Positions 31,336 through 42,600 of a stretch of 64,000 nt of DNA are shown one piece after another. Source of the DNA: Candidatus Latescibacterota bacterium (GTDB taxonomy: Bacteria > Latescibacterota > UBA2968 > UBA8231); assembly GCA_965248265.1 (NCBI GenBank), contig CBDFJF010000002.1, forward strand, positions 1,344,001 to 1,408,000, written 5' to 3'. Below the pieces are notes generated by a model. That model did no database searches. It saw nothing but the letters and a program-made list of their open reading frames with translations, and was not told the DNA's origin. Both the position numbers and the translations under genes were made by a program. The first letter of the stretch is position 1; every line of letters begins with the position of its first letter.

Positions 31336-31590
31336 GGTCTCCTGATTTACAATAGTATCAATAGCACAAACTTCAAAAACAGGACAAGCTGCAATAGGCA
31401 TCGTGCCGACCGCGCGGCGCGGCGGACAGAGCAATGTCGCAACACTCCCACTCAGGGACAAGATCTCATGGCCCCCGCGTTTCGGTACTCGGTGAGCAGG
31501 TCAATTACCTTTGTCCACCGCACTGCACCGAAAAATCGATATATTGTTGGCTTCGCTGAAAATTGGTCCCCTTGATTGCGGAGAAGCAGG

Positions 31591-32637
31591 ATGGATATCC
31601 TCGAACGGTACGTTGCCATCGACAACAAGTGCGCCTGGCCGAATCTGACCCTGATGCCAGACGGCAGCATCGTGGCGACCATCTTCGGCGAGCCCTGTCA
31701 CCAGCTGTGGGAAGGGTCGTCCGAGTGCTGGATCAGCACGGACGGCGGCAAGCTCTGGTCCTTCATCAGTGTTCCGGCTCATCACGAAGCCGGCCGTACC
31801 CGTGGAGACCTGGCGGCGGGTTTGACCCACGAAGGCGCCTTGGTGGCTCTGGTCAGCGGTCGCAAGTTTGTGCCGCCAACAGGTGAAATCCTCGACCGGG
31901 ACAGAACCCTGGAAGAGCAGGGAAACTATGAAGCGGCGATCTGTCGCTCCACGGATGGGGGCAAGACCTGGACCATAGAAGGAGCCCTAGACGACTTTCC
32001 TCCGAATGTGTCCAATGCCGTCCCGTTCGGGGATGTGGTGAAGCTACCCGGAAATCGGCTGGCTGTTTCCTGCTACTCGATGCCGGCCGACCATCTGGAG
32101 GATGAAGCCGACGACAGCGCCTGGATCTACTTCAGCGACGACGACGGCCGCACCTGGGGCGACGCCCGCATCCTCGGCCCGGACCGCTACAACGAAACCG
32201 ACCTGCTGGTCCTTGGCGACGGCAAGATGCTGGCCGCCAGCCGCACGACGAAAACGGGCCACACCGAGATCTTTGCCTCTGCTGACGATGGGCAGACGTG
32301 GACCTGCCGCGGTCCGGTGACGGCGGCCATGCACATGCCGGCCCATTTGCTGCAGTTACAGGATGGGTCAATTCTATTGACTTACGGCGTGCGGCTGCGA
32401 GGGATGCTGGGTGTGTGTGCGATGATCAGCGGCGACGAAGGAGTCACGTGGGATGCTCCGCGGGTGCTGTTCAATACCGAAGTCTACAAGTCGAATACCA
32501 GCCCCCAGGGCACAGATGGGGGGTACCCCTCAAGCACGCAGCTGGCCGATGGCACCATCGTCACAGCCTACTACTGTCAGCGCATTCCGACGCACCAGCG
32601 CTATCACATGGGGGTCGTGCGTTGGCGCGTTTCTTGA
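31591..32637 (+). CDS. Exo-alpha-sialidase-like BNR/Asp-box protein
   Basis: Five S.D.G.TW boxes; YNETD, LTYGVR, DGGYPSS...DGTIVTAYY. Confidence 0.85.
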   Translation: MDILERYVAIDNKCAWPNLTLMPDGSIVATIFGEPCHQLWEGSSECWISTDGGKLWSFISVPAHHEAGRTRGDLAAGLTHEGALVALVSGRKFVPPTGEILDRDRTLEEQGNYEAAICRSTDGGKTWTIEGALDDFPPNVSNAVPFGDVVKLPGNRLAVSCYSMPADHLEDEADDSAWIYFSDDDGRTWGDARILGPDRYNETDLLVLGDGKMLAASRTTKTGHTEIFASADDGQTWTCRGPVTAAMHMPAHLLQLQDGSILLTYGVRLRGMLGVCAMISGDEGVTWDAPRVLFNTEVYKSNTSPQGTDGGYPSSTQLADGTIVTAYYCQRIPTHQRYHMGVVRWRVS

Positions 32638-32698
32638 TCCGGGATCATACAGCAGCAACACAGATCTGAAGGCGAGATTCTCAACAGGAGATAGAAGA

Positions 32699-34288
32699 GT
32701 GAGCACTGAATGGAATGATGCGCGAGGGTATTTCCCGGGTGACTGGGTCAGGCCCAGGAAGAGCACTGGGAATTGGCGTCCACTGGTCGATCTGACGGAG
32801 GTCTTTCCCGGCCATCGCTCCATAAACCGCGCCGGCGCTTTCGAGCTGTATGATGCTCCTATCGGCGTCCGCCTGGCGGTGGAGGAAGCGGACAAGTCGG
32901 ATCCGCTGGAGTTCGAGGGCGACATTGACGACGACGTCGATGACGTTACCAACTCCCTGCAGGTGTGGCGAGCGGATGACGGCTACCACCTGCTTTACTA
33001 CCAGGGACGACATGTCGCCTATGCGGTGAGTGAGGACGGCTACCGATGGACCCGTCCCTCCCTGGGGATCATCGAGAAGGATGGCTCGAAGGAAAACAAC
33101 CTGGTTACGGATGTCGGCGGTGACATGCTCAAGGCGGTATTCGAGGATCCGACCGCGCCACCGGAAGAGCGCTTCAAGGGTATGGGCTGCGAGGGAGCGT
33201 GGATCAATTCCGCGACCGGCCAGGTTGCCAACCAGGGCGAGGAAATGGATGAGAACGCAATCAAGAAATGGTGGGCTGATCAGGAGTATCAGGGACCAGA
33301 CTTCGAAGGCCCCCGGCTTGTTCTCAAAGGTCGAGTAGTCGGTTGGACCTCTCCCGACCGCATTCACTGGAAACGGTCTGACCGGATTCTGGCTAATTAT
33401 CCCATGGACGGAGGGCTTTCCGCCCGCTACGACGAAAAGTCCGGTTGTTACTATTCATACTGTCGCATCAACGGCGTGCCCCAGGAACAGTTCGAACTGA
33501 TCGGCAGCGGTGTTACCGAAGACACCATCTTTCACCGGGCGATCGGACTGACTCGAACCAAGGATTTCTACGACTGGCCGGCTCCCAAGCTGCTCATTTT
33601 TCCGGATGGCCAGGACGCCCCCGACCTTTCGTTCTACGGTGGCGAGTACTTCCCCTACCCGGGCGGGGATGATCTGCATTGCATGTTGGTACAGGCGTAT
33701 CATCATGCCACCGATTCCGTGGACAGCCAGCTCGCCGTCAGTCGCGACGGCCTGATCTGGCAGCGTCCCGAACGCAAGGCGATCATTCCGCTGGGCGCTC
33801 CCGGCGCCTCCGATTCAGCCCAGGTCTATTCCTGGGGTAGCGGCATCGCGGAATTGCCGGACGGCTCCTGGGGGTCACTCTACGCAGGATACACCACCCT
33901 GCACAACGAACATGCCCGGGAAGCGCACGACAAGGCTATACGGTGGGCCCGCTGGAGGCCGCACCGATTCTGCGGCGTCGAGGCCGACGTGGAGGGAAGA
34001 TTTACGATTCCGACGGTGACACGCACCGGCAATCAGCTGCGGCTCAATTACCGCTGTCGTCCGGGGGGATGGATCAAGGCAGAGATCCTGCGCAACATTC
34101 CGTCGAGGATTCACCCCGACATCGATCCGGTCGCTGGTCTGACGTTCGAAGAGAGCGATCTCCTCAAGGGAGATGCCCTCGACCAGGTGGTCACCTGGAA
34201 CGGCAACAGCGATCTGTCAGGGGCAGGGGAGACGGTGGCGATCAGGCTGCGGCTGTTCCAGGCGAAGGTCTTCGCGTACCACGTCTGA
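32699..34288 (+). CDS. Uncharacterised GH-like beta-propeller protein, paralog 2
   Basis: GTG start after AGGAG; YFPGDWVRPR N-terminus and the same motif set as the 29743 gene. Confidence 0.7.
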   Translation: MSTEWNDARGYFPGDWVRPRKSTGNWRPLVDLTEVFPGHRSINRAGAFELYDAPIGVRLAVEEADKSDPLEFEGDIDDDVDDVTNSLQVWRADDGYHLLYYQGRHVAYAVSEDGYRWTRPSLGIIEKDGSKENNLVTDVGGDMLKAVFEDPTAPPEERFKGMGCEGAWINSATGQVANQGEEMDENAIKKWWADQEYQGPDFEGPRLVLKGRVVGWTSPDRIHWKRSDRILANYPMDGGLSARYDEKSGCYYSYCRINGVPQEQFELIGSGVTEDTIFHRAIGLTRTKDFYDWPAPKLLIFPDGQDAPDLSFYGGEYFPYPGGDDLHCMLVQAYHHATDSVDSQLAVSRDGLIWQRPERKAIIPLGAPGASDSAQVYSWGSGIAELPDGSWGSLYAGYTTLHNEHAREAHDKAIRWARWRPHRFCGVEADVEGRFTIPTVTRTGNQLRLNYRCRPGGWIKAEILRNIPSRIHPDIDPVAGLTFEESDLLKGDALDQVVTWNGNSDLSGAGETVAIRLRLFQAKVFAYHV

Positions 34289-34386
34289 GTTGCCGGGTTC
34301 ACCCCGACGAAGGCCGGCACGCACCGGATCGGAGTCCGGGGCGGTGCGCGACGAGCCGTGCGCTCACATCGGGAAGCGGCGGCTCC

Positions 34387-35976
34387 TCACACCTGGTAGG
34401 CGAATATCTTGGCCTGAAACATTTTCAGCCGGATAGCCACAATGTCGCCGATGCCGGAGATGTCACTCCTGCCGTCCCACGTCACGACTTGATCGCCGGC
34501 ATCCCCCGTCAACCGGTCACACTCCTCGAAGGTGAACCCCGCGAGCGGGTCGACGTCGCCGTGCATCATGGATGGCATCATGTGCATGAGCTCCACACTC
34601 ACCCAACCACCGGGTTGGCAGCGGTAGTTCAGGCGCAATTCATTATTGCGACGGTAGATAGTGGGTACGGTGAATCGCCCCTCGGTCTGGGCATCGAAAC
34701 CGCAAAAGCGGTGCGGCTCCCATAGGGCCCATCCCATCTTTCTGGGCTGATTTAGCGGGAACAGGGTGTTGACCGACTCCTTCTTGATGTTGTGGAGCTG
34801 GGATTCGCCCCAGTAGGTGGCGCCCCAACGGCCATCACCCAGTTCGACGATACCCGAGGCGCCGATCATGCAATCTTCGCCACTACCGGGAGGGCCCAGC
34901 GTGACGATGGGTCGGCGTTCGGGGCGGTACCAGATAAGCCCATCGCGGCTGAAGGCGATCTGCGCGTCCATCTGGCCGGTCATGTGATGGAAGACCGGCG
35001 TCAGCATGCCGTGGAGGTCCGAGCGTCCCGGATAGGGGAAGTAGCAGTGTGCGTAGAAGGCGATGTCGAGGGGGTCCTGGGAGTCGGGATGCATGATGAG
35101 TTTGGAGCCCGGCCATTTTCGGAAATCCTTGGTTCGGCAAAAACTGTTGGCACGGCGCACCATCTCGACTTCCTGTACGCCCGTTCCGATGCCGATCGAT
35201 TCCGGGGGAAATCCCTGCGGTTGCATGTACGCGAAGTAGGTGCCGCTGGCCTCATCATAGCCGGCGTTGACGCCGCCGTTGACGGAGTAATCCGCCAGCG
35301 GCTCCTCTATCTGCTTCCACCCGTGAAAACGATCCGGGGATGTCCAACCGACCATCCACCCGCGCAGCACCACCTTGGGACCCTTGTAATCATTGCCCTC
35401 GTAGTGCATGGCGTTCCAGCGCTTGCGGGCTTCCTCTTCATCCAGCTTTTCCCAGTTGTCGGGATCGTACCAGCCGGCACCCGCGCCAACGGCCTTGAAG
35501 CGTTCCTCCGGCGGTGCAGAGGGGTCCTCGAAAATGCCCCCCTCCGGGTGGTTGGCGTGCATGTTGTTCTTCTTCGAGCCCTTGTACTCCACCTCTCCCA
35601 GTTCGACACGGGTCCAATGGTAGCCGTCGTCACTGACGGCGTAGCAGTAGGCGCTGGGCCCAGAGGCCTGGTAAAACATGTGGTAGCGCCCCTCTTCGAC
35701 CCACACATCGCCTGGTGAGACCCCCTCCTTTTCCCATTCGACCTCTGAGTCAAATACGATTGGCGCCTTGGTGGCTTCTTCTATTTTGAGCTCAACCCCT
35801 ATGGGAGCGTCGTAGAGGTTGTACTCGCCCTGGCGGGAAACGGATCGGTTGCCGGGAAAAATTTCTGAGACATCGATCAACGGCATCCACGTGCCAGGGT
35901 TGCTTCTGGGCCTGACCCAGTCACCTGGGAAAAACCCCTGCCATGGTCCGTGGGGCATGTCTCTCTTTTCATTCAC
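34387..35976 (-). CDS. Uncharacterised GH-like beta-propeller protein, paralog 3
   Basis: FFPGDWVRPRSNPGTW N-terminus; colinear with paralogs 1 and 2. Confidence 0.7.
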   Translation of the reverse strand: MNEKRDMPHGPWQGFFPGDWVRPRSNPGTWMPLIDVSEIFPGNRSVSRQGEYNLYDAPIGVELKIEEATKAPIVFDSEVEWEKEGVSPGDVWVEEGRYHMFYQASGPSAYCYAVSDDGYHWTRVELGEVEYKGSKKNNMHANHPEGGIFEDPSAPPEERFKAVGAGAGWYDPDNWEKLDEEEARKRWNAMHYEGNDYKGPKVVLRGWMVGWTSPDRFHGWKQIEEPLADYSVNGGVNAGYDEASGTYFAYMQPQGFPPESIGIGTGVQEVEMVRRANSFCRTKDFRKWPGSKLIMHPDSQDPLDIAFYAHCYFPYPGRSDLHGMLTPVFHHMTGQMDAQIAFSRDGLIWYRPERRPIVTLGPPGSGEDCMIGASGIVELGDGRWGATYWGESQLHNIKKESVNTLFPLNQPRKMGWALWEPHRFCGFDAQTEGRFTVPTIYRRNNELRLNYRCQPGGWVSVELMHMMPSMMHGDVDPLAGFTFEECDRLTGDAGDQVVTWDGRSDISGIGDIVAIRLKMFQAKIFAYQV

Positions 35977-35994
35977 GGTTTTTTTCCTCTCTGA

Positions 35995-37107
35995 CTAATC
36001 GGCTTCTATGGTCGTGCGCGGCAGGGCGAGCACTTCTGCACTCAGTTCGCGGCCCAGACCGGGTCGTTGGGGTAGGGGCAGGTGGCCCTGCGCCCATTCG
36101 ATGGGCTCATCGAGCCAGTTGTTCCATACAGTATAGTGTTGGGGCGTGTGCTCCAGGTGGCGGGTATTCGGGATGACGGCCATCAGATGCGTCAGGGCCA
36201 GACAGCTGAACGGTCCGTAGTTGTGCGGCGCCATCGGGATGTAATGGGTCTCGGCGTAGGTAGCGATCTTGCGGAGTTCGGAGATGCCGCCGGCCCAGGC
36301 GATGTCCGGGTTGAGCACGTCGGCCGCATTCGATTCGATGATCTCACGGAAACCCCAACGTGACAGGATGCGTTCGCCGGCCGCGATCGGCACCCCGGAG
36401 CTTTCGCGCACCTCGCGCAAGGCGGCAGGGTTATGCGGCTGTATGGGCTCCTCCATGAAGTAGGGGTTGAACGGTTTGATCGCCCGGCCGATACGGATGG
36501 CACTGGGCACGTCGAAGGAGCAGTGCAGATCGATTCCGATTTCCATCTGATCACCGACGGCCTCGCGCGCCCACTCGAAGCGGCGGGCGCCTTCGGCGGC
36601 ATTGGCCGCGCTGATATAACCGGCCGTGTCGCCGTAGAAGTCACCGAAGAAGCGGGCGGTTTTGCAGGCGGTCCAGCCAGCGTCGACGCATTTTTTGGAC
36701 CAGTCCTGGACCTCGTCTTTTTTCATGTCCACCGGATCATAAATACCGCTGTAATAGATGGGAACCTGGTCGCGGGTCTGGCCGCCGAGGATGCGGTAGA
36801 GCGGGCGGTCGAGGGCTTTGCCAAGCAGGTCCCACAGCGCCAGGTCTATGCAGCTGATAGCCCGCAACTCCGCGCCCATGAAGCCGAACAGGGAGGCCCG
36901 TTTGTACATCTGTTGCCAGATCTTCTCGATGTCTTCAGGATTGCTGCCCAGCAAGATGGAGCTGGCGTATTCGTGAATGAAGGCCTCGGCCCCATGGGCG
37001 CCATGGTGCGTTTCGCCGATACCGACAAGACCGGTATCCGTATAGACGAGAATCCAGCAGTACCCTTGAACGGTTGAGCGAACAGTCTCTACTTTGACGA
37101 TCTTCAT
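35995..37107 (-). CDS. Mandelate racemase / muconate lactonizing enzyme family (galactonate-dehydratase-like)
   Basis: MKI..VE, TDTGLVGIGE, IDLALWDLLGK, IDLH, MEEP, AAGER, APHN. Confidence 0.9.
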   Translation of the reverse strand: MKIVKVETVRSTVQGYCWILVYTDTGLVGIGETHHGAHGAEAFIHEYASSILLGSNPEDIEKIWQQMYKRASLFGFMGAELRAISCIDLALWDLLGKALDRPLYRILGGQTRDQVPIYYSGIYDPVDMKKDEVQDWSKKCVDAGWTACKTARFFGDFYGDTAGYISAANAAEGARRFEWAREAVGDQMEIGIDLHCSFDVPSAIRIGRAIKPFNPYFMEEPIQPHNPAALREVRESSGVPIAAGERILSRWGFREIIESNAADVLNPDIAWAGGISELRKIATYAETHYIPMAPHNYGPFSCLALTHLMAVIPNTRHLEHTPQHYTVWNNWLDEPIEWAQGHLPLPQRPGLGRELSAEVLALPRTTIEAD

Positions 37108-37286
37108 CTTCGGTCTTTCTGCATTGGCTGGAACAGCGCGGATGGAGATTTGGAGTACAAGATGATGCGGGAATGCACGGCAAGATATCCAAATCCACGA
37201 CACCGCTCAAGCACCGGCAACAACAGCGGCTCGGTGCTTTGGATGCCCGGCATCAGGTGGAGGCCACCAACTCTTAGGGAGGCTTG

Positions 37287-38429
37287 ATGAAGGCGACGAT
37301 CGAACAGCAACGAGAGCAGCTCGCGGAGTCGGGATACGCCATCATCCGCGGCATGATCCCACCAGACGAGCTGCAGCGGCTGCGCGAGAGTGTCGAGCGG
37401 ATGATCGAACGGGTTCCGGAGTCAACTCCAACTGACCGGCTGACGACAACCGAGTGGGTCGAGGCCGAAACCGCCGACGCCGTGGAATTCTGTTTCGACG
37501 AGCGCACCCTCGGCCGCAGTCGGCGATTGATGGATGTGCCTTCCGTGGCACCATTGGGAATGTTTCTGGTGTCCACCTCGGGCACGGGGTGGCATCGCGA
37601 CATCGTACCCATGGACATGGCTCCTCTTGATGGACTGCGGGAAGATCAGAGGCTCAACGGTCTGCCTTACCTGCAGTGGAACGTGGCGTTGTATGACGAC
37701 AGCTTCCTGCATTTCGTTCCGGGAAGCCACCTGCGTCGCAACAATGCCGAGGAGCGCAAGATCGAGCGGCGGATGGGAGTGGTGCCGTTGCCGGGAGCTA
37801 TCACCGTCGACCTCAAGGCCGGTGACGCGATCGTCTATAACCACCACTGCCTTCACAGCGCCGCGCCCAACGGCGAGCTCACGCGGCGCACCTTGATCAT
37901 GGGGTACGAGGCCTTCGGCAACAGGGGGTTCGTCCACTACCTGCACGAACCCATCGGCGTCGATTTCGTCGAACACCTTTCGCCACAGGCTGCGGAACAG
38001 AGTAAGCAGTTCGACAGGCTGCACGAGCAAAGACGAGACGAAATCGTAGCCACCTACCGCGCCATCATCGAGGCAGACCGCACGGTGTTCCTGCGCGCGC
38101 TCGATTCTTTGCATCCGAGTGAGCACTGCCGGATGACGTCTCTGATCGTGCTGACGAAAATTGCCTACAAACTGCGCAAGTACAAGGATTCAGATTCGGA
38201 CGACTGGCAAAACACCAATGCCATCAAAATCCTCGGAGCGCGTTTCACCGCGGATGAACTGGATCGGCTCTGGGATCGATTCGCAGTGCTGAATGACGAA
38301 TTGACGGCGGAAACGGAGCAGTCCGAGTCGCTGTTTCAGGGCGAACCGGCGATGATGTATTACTACTACGAGATGCCGGCCAACTTCGGCGTGGAGGATT
38401 TCATCGCCAGCTGGGACGGTTTGAGGTAA
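37287..38429 (+). CDS. PhyH-family dioxygenase with helical C-terminal extension (paralog of 21554)
   Basis: GWHRD, LQWNVALYDDSFLHFVPGSH; colinear with the 21554 gene. Confidence 0.85.
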   Translation: MKATIEQQREQLAESGYAIIRGMIPPDELQRLRESVERMIERVPESTPTDRLTTTEWVEAETADAVEFCFDERTLGRSRRLMDVPSVAPLGMFLVSTSGTGWHRDIVPMDMAPLDGLREDQRLNGLPYLQWNVALYDDSFLHFVPGSHLRRNNAEERKIERRMGVVPLPGAITVDLKAGDAIVYNHHCLHSAAPNGELTRRTLIMGYEAFGNRGFVHYLHEPIGVDFVEHLSPQAAEQSKQFDRLHEQRRDEIVATYRAIIEADRTVFLRALDSLHPSEHCRMTSLIVLTKIAYKLRKYKDSDSDDWQNTNAIKILGARFTADELDRLWDRFAVLNDELTAETEQSESLFQGEPAMMYYYYEMPANFGVEDFIASWDGLR

Positions 38430-38435
38430 GTCGAT

Positions 38436-39224
38436 ATGGCCGAATATACGTTTCCAGATCTGCAGGGCCTGGTTGCGGACTACGACCGGGATGGCTATGC
38501 CGTCATCCGTCGCGTGCTGGATGCCGATCTGGTTCAGGAGTTGGATCAGCACGTAGACTGGCTGATGGCGAAGCACCCCGAGCTGTCGCCGGAAGAGCTT
38601 CCCACCAGGCTCATCGCACAGGATCCATTCTGGGTTCGTTTCTTGTCCGATCAGCGATTGCTGGATGTGGCCGAAGCCCTGGTGGGTCCCAACATCGCCC
38701 TGTTCGCCGCCGATTACATCTGCAAGCCGCCGCTCAAGGGCCGTGCTGTTGAGTGGCATCAGGACGGTCACTACTGGCCGCTCGATCCGATGGATGTAGT
38801 CACCGTCTGGTTTGCCGTGACTCAATCTGTAAAGGCCAACGGATGTGTCCGGTTTATCCCCGGCAGCCATCGCCTGGGTATCCAGCAACACTCAACGGAG
38901 CGGGATGAGACCAAGATGCTTCGCAAGGTCGACGAGGCCGCCCTCGACGAGAGCCTGGCTGTCGATATTGAGCTCGAAGCTGGCGACATTTCGGTCCATC
39001 ATCCACACCTTCTGCATGGATCCGAACCCAACACCAGCGAGCGATGGCGGCGCGGCGGATCGATTCAGTACATGCCGGCCACCACCCGGGTGACGGTGCA
39101 GAAGTGGCCTAGCCTGTTCCTGTTCCGGGGCGAGGCAGTCGAAGGTGTCAACGACTACCGTCCACGTCCCATGTATGTCGAGGGTGAGCACATGCCGTTT
39201 CGCAACTGTGAGGCGTGGGCGTAA
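38436..39224 (+). CDS. PhyH-family Fe(II)/2OG dioxygenase
   Basis: YDRDGY, CKPP, WHQD, NGCVRFIPGSH, LLHGSEPN.S..WRR. Confidence 0.92.
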   Translation: MAEYTFPDLQGLVADYDRDGYAVIRRVLDADLVQELDQHVDWLMAKHPELSPEELPTRLIAQDPFWVRFLSDQRLLDVAEALVGPNIALFAADYICKPPLKGRAVEWHQDGHYWPLDPMDVVTVWFAVTQSVKANGCVRFIPGSHRLGIQQHSTERDETKMLRKVDEAALDESLAVDIELEAGDISVHHPHLLHGSEPNTSERWRRGGSIQYMPATTRVTVQKWPSLFLFRGEAVEGVNDYRPRPMYVEGEHMPFRNCEAWA

Positions 39225-39699
39225 AGACTGGCTTCAGGAGGCTTCGTTTACCTTCCAACCGGGCAGCTTGGGGCCCCATTCGAGCGGGTTGTGCCAATCC
39301 TTGAATACAGTTTCATCCAGGTGCTTGTCAGGGTCCCTGAAGTCCAGGACCTTGCCTGACGGGCATTGGGTTAGATCGATCTGCGCCAGCACTATGTTCG
39401 TAGCGTTGTTGTCTTCAGCCACCTTCAGTCCCTTTCAGAAGAGCTCCCTACACACGGAGAACGATGAGGTCCGGACGAAATTGCTAGGCATATCGTTAGT
39501 TTATATCGCTTTGGGAGTTGGTGTCGAGTGGAACCCTCGCCAACAACTTCACGAGGTTAGCAACACCTCACGCTCCTGCCGCCCTTCTTGGCACGTCCCT
39601 TGCAATGGTGTATGGTATTGCCCTCGGACGACTATGCTCTGAAAACTATCAGCCACACAATACCGTTCTTGTTCACCGTACATCCACCCGGGAGATACC

Positions 39700-42600
39700 A
39701 TGCAGCTTTCCGTTCGACGATACCTCGTTTTTCTCAGCATCCTGGTCCTGGCCCCGCTGGCACAGGCCAGTGCCCAACCCTTCTTCACCAACATCACCGA
39801 TGCCGTCAGCCTGACCGCCTCCGACCTCGATAATACTCCTCCGACCGGTCTTGTCTTCAACGACTACAACAACGACGGCTTCCAGGATGTTTTTGTTTCG
39901 AATTTTCCCGGAAACCGTCTCCACCTGTTGCAGAACACGGGAGACGGTCGCCTGATCGACATGACCTCCGCAATCCCGAGTGAGCTGCACAGGGTCCCGG
40001 GGTTCGGCATTATAGCCGACTATGATAACGACGGGGATGAAGACCTTTATCTGGCGGTTTCGTTCCCTCCTCGCAATCTCCTCCTGCGCAACGACCACGG
40101 TCTATTTACCGAAGTCACCTGGGACGCCGAAGCGACTCCGTTGTTTTCCGCTGGAGCGATCTGGCTCGATTATGACCGGGATGGGCATCTCGACCTCTAC
40201 GTCGACAACCATTTCGGCAACCCGCTGCGAGGCAAACGACTGTTTCGCAGCAACGGTGCGGGCCTCTTTGTCGATCGCACGGCAGTGTCAGGTTTGGACA
40301 GCATCTTTCATCCCCAGTCGGGCGGCTCTGTTGGCGGCATGGCCGGCGGCGACTTCAACAACGACGGCTGGCCCGACCTCTATATCGGCGTTGGCGCCCA
40401 CCCCCTTTTCGGCGATGCCACCAACATTCCGAATCGACTGTTTCTCAGCGACGGCCAGGGCGGCTTCGTGGATGCTACCACCGGTGCGATTGCCGACGAG
40501 GGCGACGCGGTCAGCGCTGTCGTCGGAGACATCGACAACGACGGGGACCTCGACATCTTCCAGCCCGCGATCGGATGGACCCGTGATGGAACCGGGTTCG
40601 AGTTTGCTTTCGATGAGCAAGGATCCCGTAACCTGATGCTGTTGAATCTGGAGGACGGGCAGTTCCTTGACGTCACCGAAGGCGTCGGCCTCGGTGTAAG
40701 TGTCCTGGGTGCCAACTCGACGGGTGCCGTTTTCGCTGATGTCGACAACGATGGCGATCTGGATCTCATTATCGGCACTTCGGTAACGCAATCGGGACCG
40801 AGGAACTTCCTTCTGCTGAATGACGGCAGCGGTGTCTTCACGGACGCGACGAACCAATCCGGAATAGACGACCGCGGAATAGTTCTGGCCTTTGGCGACT
40901 TCGACGAGGACGGTTTCGTCGATCTCTTCTACTCCGGCACTCGTTGTTGCGCCTTCGTCTACCGCAACAACGGCAATAACAATCACTGGCTGCGAGTCGA
41001 GCTGAACGGCATAGAGAGCAACCGCAATGGCATCGGCGCCCGTTTGATCGCTGAGGCCGGCGACCTGGAGCAGATGCGGGAGATGCCGGGCGGCAAGGGT
41101 CGACAGCAGAACGAGAGGGTTGCGCACTTCGGCCTGGCCCAGCACACCCAGGTGGACCGGCTGGAGATCCGCTGGCCTTCGGGACAGGTGGATGTACTGG
41201 CGAACATTCCCGCCGACCAGAAGATCCGCGTGGTTGAAGGGCAGGGTGACTATCACATTGTCCACCCGACGATCTGGGAGCGGCGGCCACCGACCGCCCT
41301 GGTCGCGGAATCGACGGGCGAGCTGACCGCCCTGGTTCGTCCAGCTCTGTTCGACGCTCAATCCCGGATCACTCGAGTCACCGCTGATCTGAGCGGGGTG
41401 GGAGGGCCGATGGCGTTCGATCTCAGCCCTGAAGAAGAGGGTACCTACCGACTGAACGCGCCTTATCAGATCGACGGGCCCAATCGCGTCGAGACGGTTT
41501 GGGTCACCATCGAGCAGGCGACGTCTCTCGGGCCGTACTGGACGAAGCTTGCGGCACAGATCGAGGTCTGGCCCACCGGGGATCTGAGCGTATTCGGGGA
41601 TGCGAGCGCGGGATGGGCACTGACTCAGGAGCGGATCGAAGTGCGCCTGACGCACGACAGCGCCCGGGATGAACGCCCATCATGGTCACCGGATGGCAGC
41701 TCGATCACGTTCGCTTCATTTCGGGATGGCGATGCCGAGATCTACGTGATGGACGCGGATGGGACGAACCAGGTAAACCTCACCAACCATCCTGACGCTG
41801 ACCTGGATGCGGTGTGGTCACCCGATGGCACCCGCATCGCTTTTCACTCTGATCGGGATGGCGATTAGGATGTGCACGTGATGGACGCAGACGGCGGCAA
41901 TCCAATGGCTCTGACGACCAGCTTAGGCGACGACACTTGGCCGACGTGGTCGCCCGACGGGACCCGCATCGCCTTCTCCTCTGAGCGCGACGGGGATCGC
42001 GAGCTGTATGTGATGAACGCCGACGGCACGAACGACGTGCGACTGACGGAGCATCCGGGCCCTGACTCTAAGCCGAGATGGTCGCCGGACGGCTCAAAGA
42101 TCGCCTTCGAATCTGAGCGCGACGGAGAGTGGGAGATCTATGTGATGAATACCGACGGCTCGAATCAAGTGAACCTGACCAACAGTCCTTCTTCTTCGGA
42201 TCATCGGGCGACCTGGTCTCCCGACGGCTCGAGGATCGCCTTCGAATCCACCCGTGACGGAAACTTCGAGATCTATGTGATGAACGCCGACGGCAGCGGC
42301 GTCGTTCGGCTCACCGACAGCCCCGGGCAAGACTTGTCTGCCAGCTGGTCGCCCGACGGGACGAAGATTCTGTTCACCTCAGGTCGGGCAGGCAACTTGG
42401 ACATCTATTCGATGGAGGTCGGAGCAGGGGCGCTGACCGTTCTGGATCCGCAACCGATGGAAGTGGTCTTCGAAGGCGATACGGCGCTGGAGGTGATCGC
42501 CGACGGAGACTGGAGCGTGGCCTATGCGGCATCTGAACCCCACGCCCAGACAGGGTACGACGTCCTGCGCCTGGCCCTTCACCCCGGCGATGTTACAGCG

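Noticed and set aside
32453-32698. N-terminal extension of the 611-aa ORF
   Set aside because: Overlaps the sialidase gene; paralog alignment and RBS support GTG 32699.
34289-34386. GC-rich hairpins between convergent genes (also 58464-58508)
   Set aside because: Probably terminator/stability stems, but there are no U-tracts and no similarity to the MITE core, so they are not called.
39435-39437. Second possible Sec UGA
   Set aside because: No Cys-aligned redox motif and no clear SECIS; better explained as decay.
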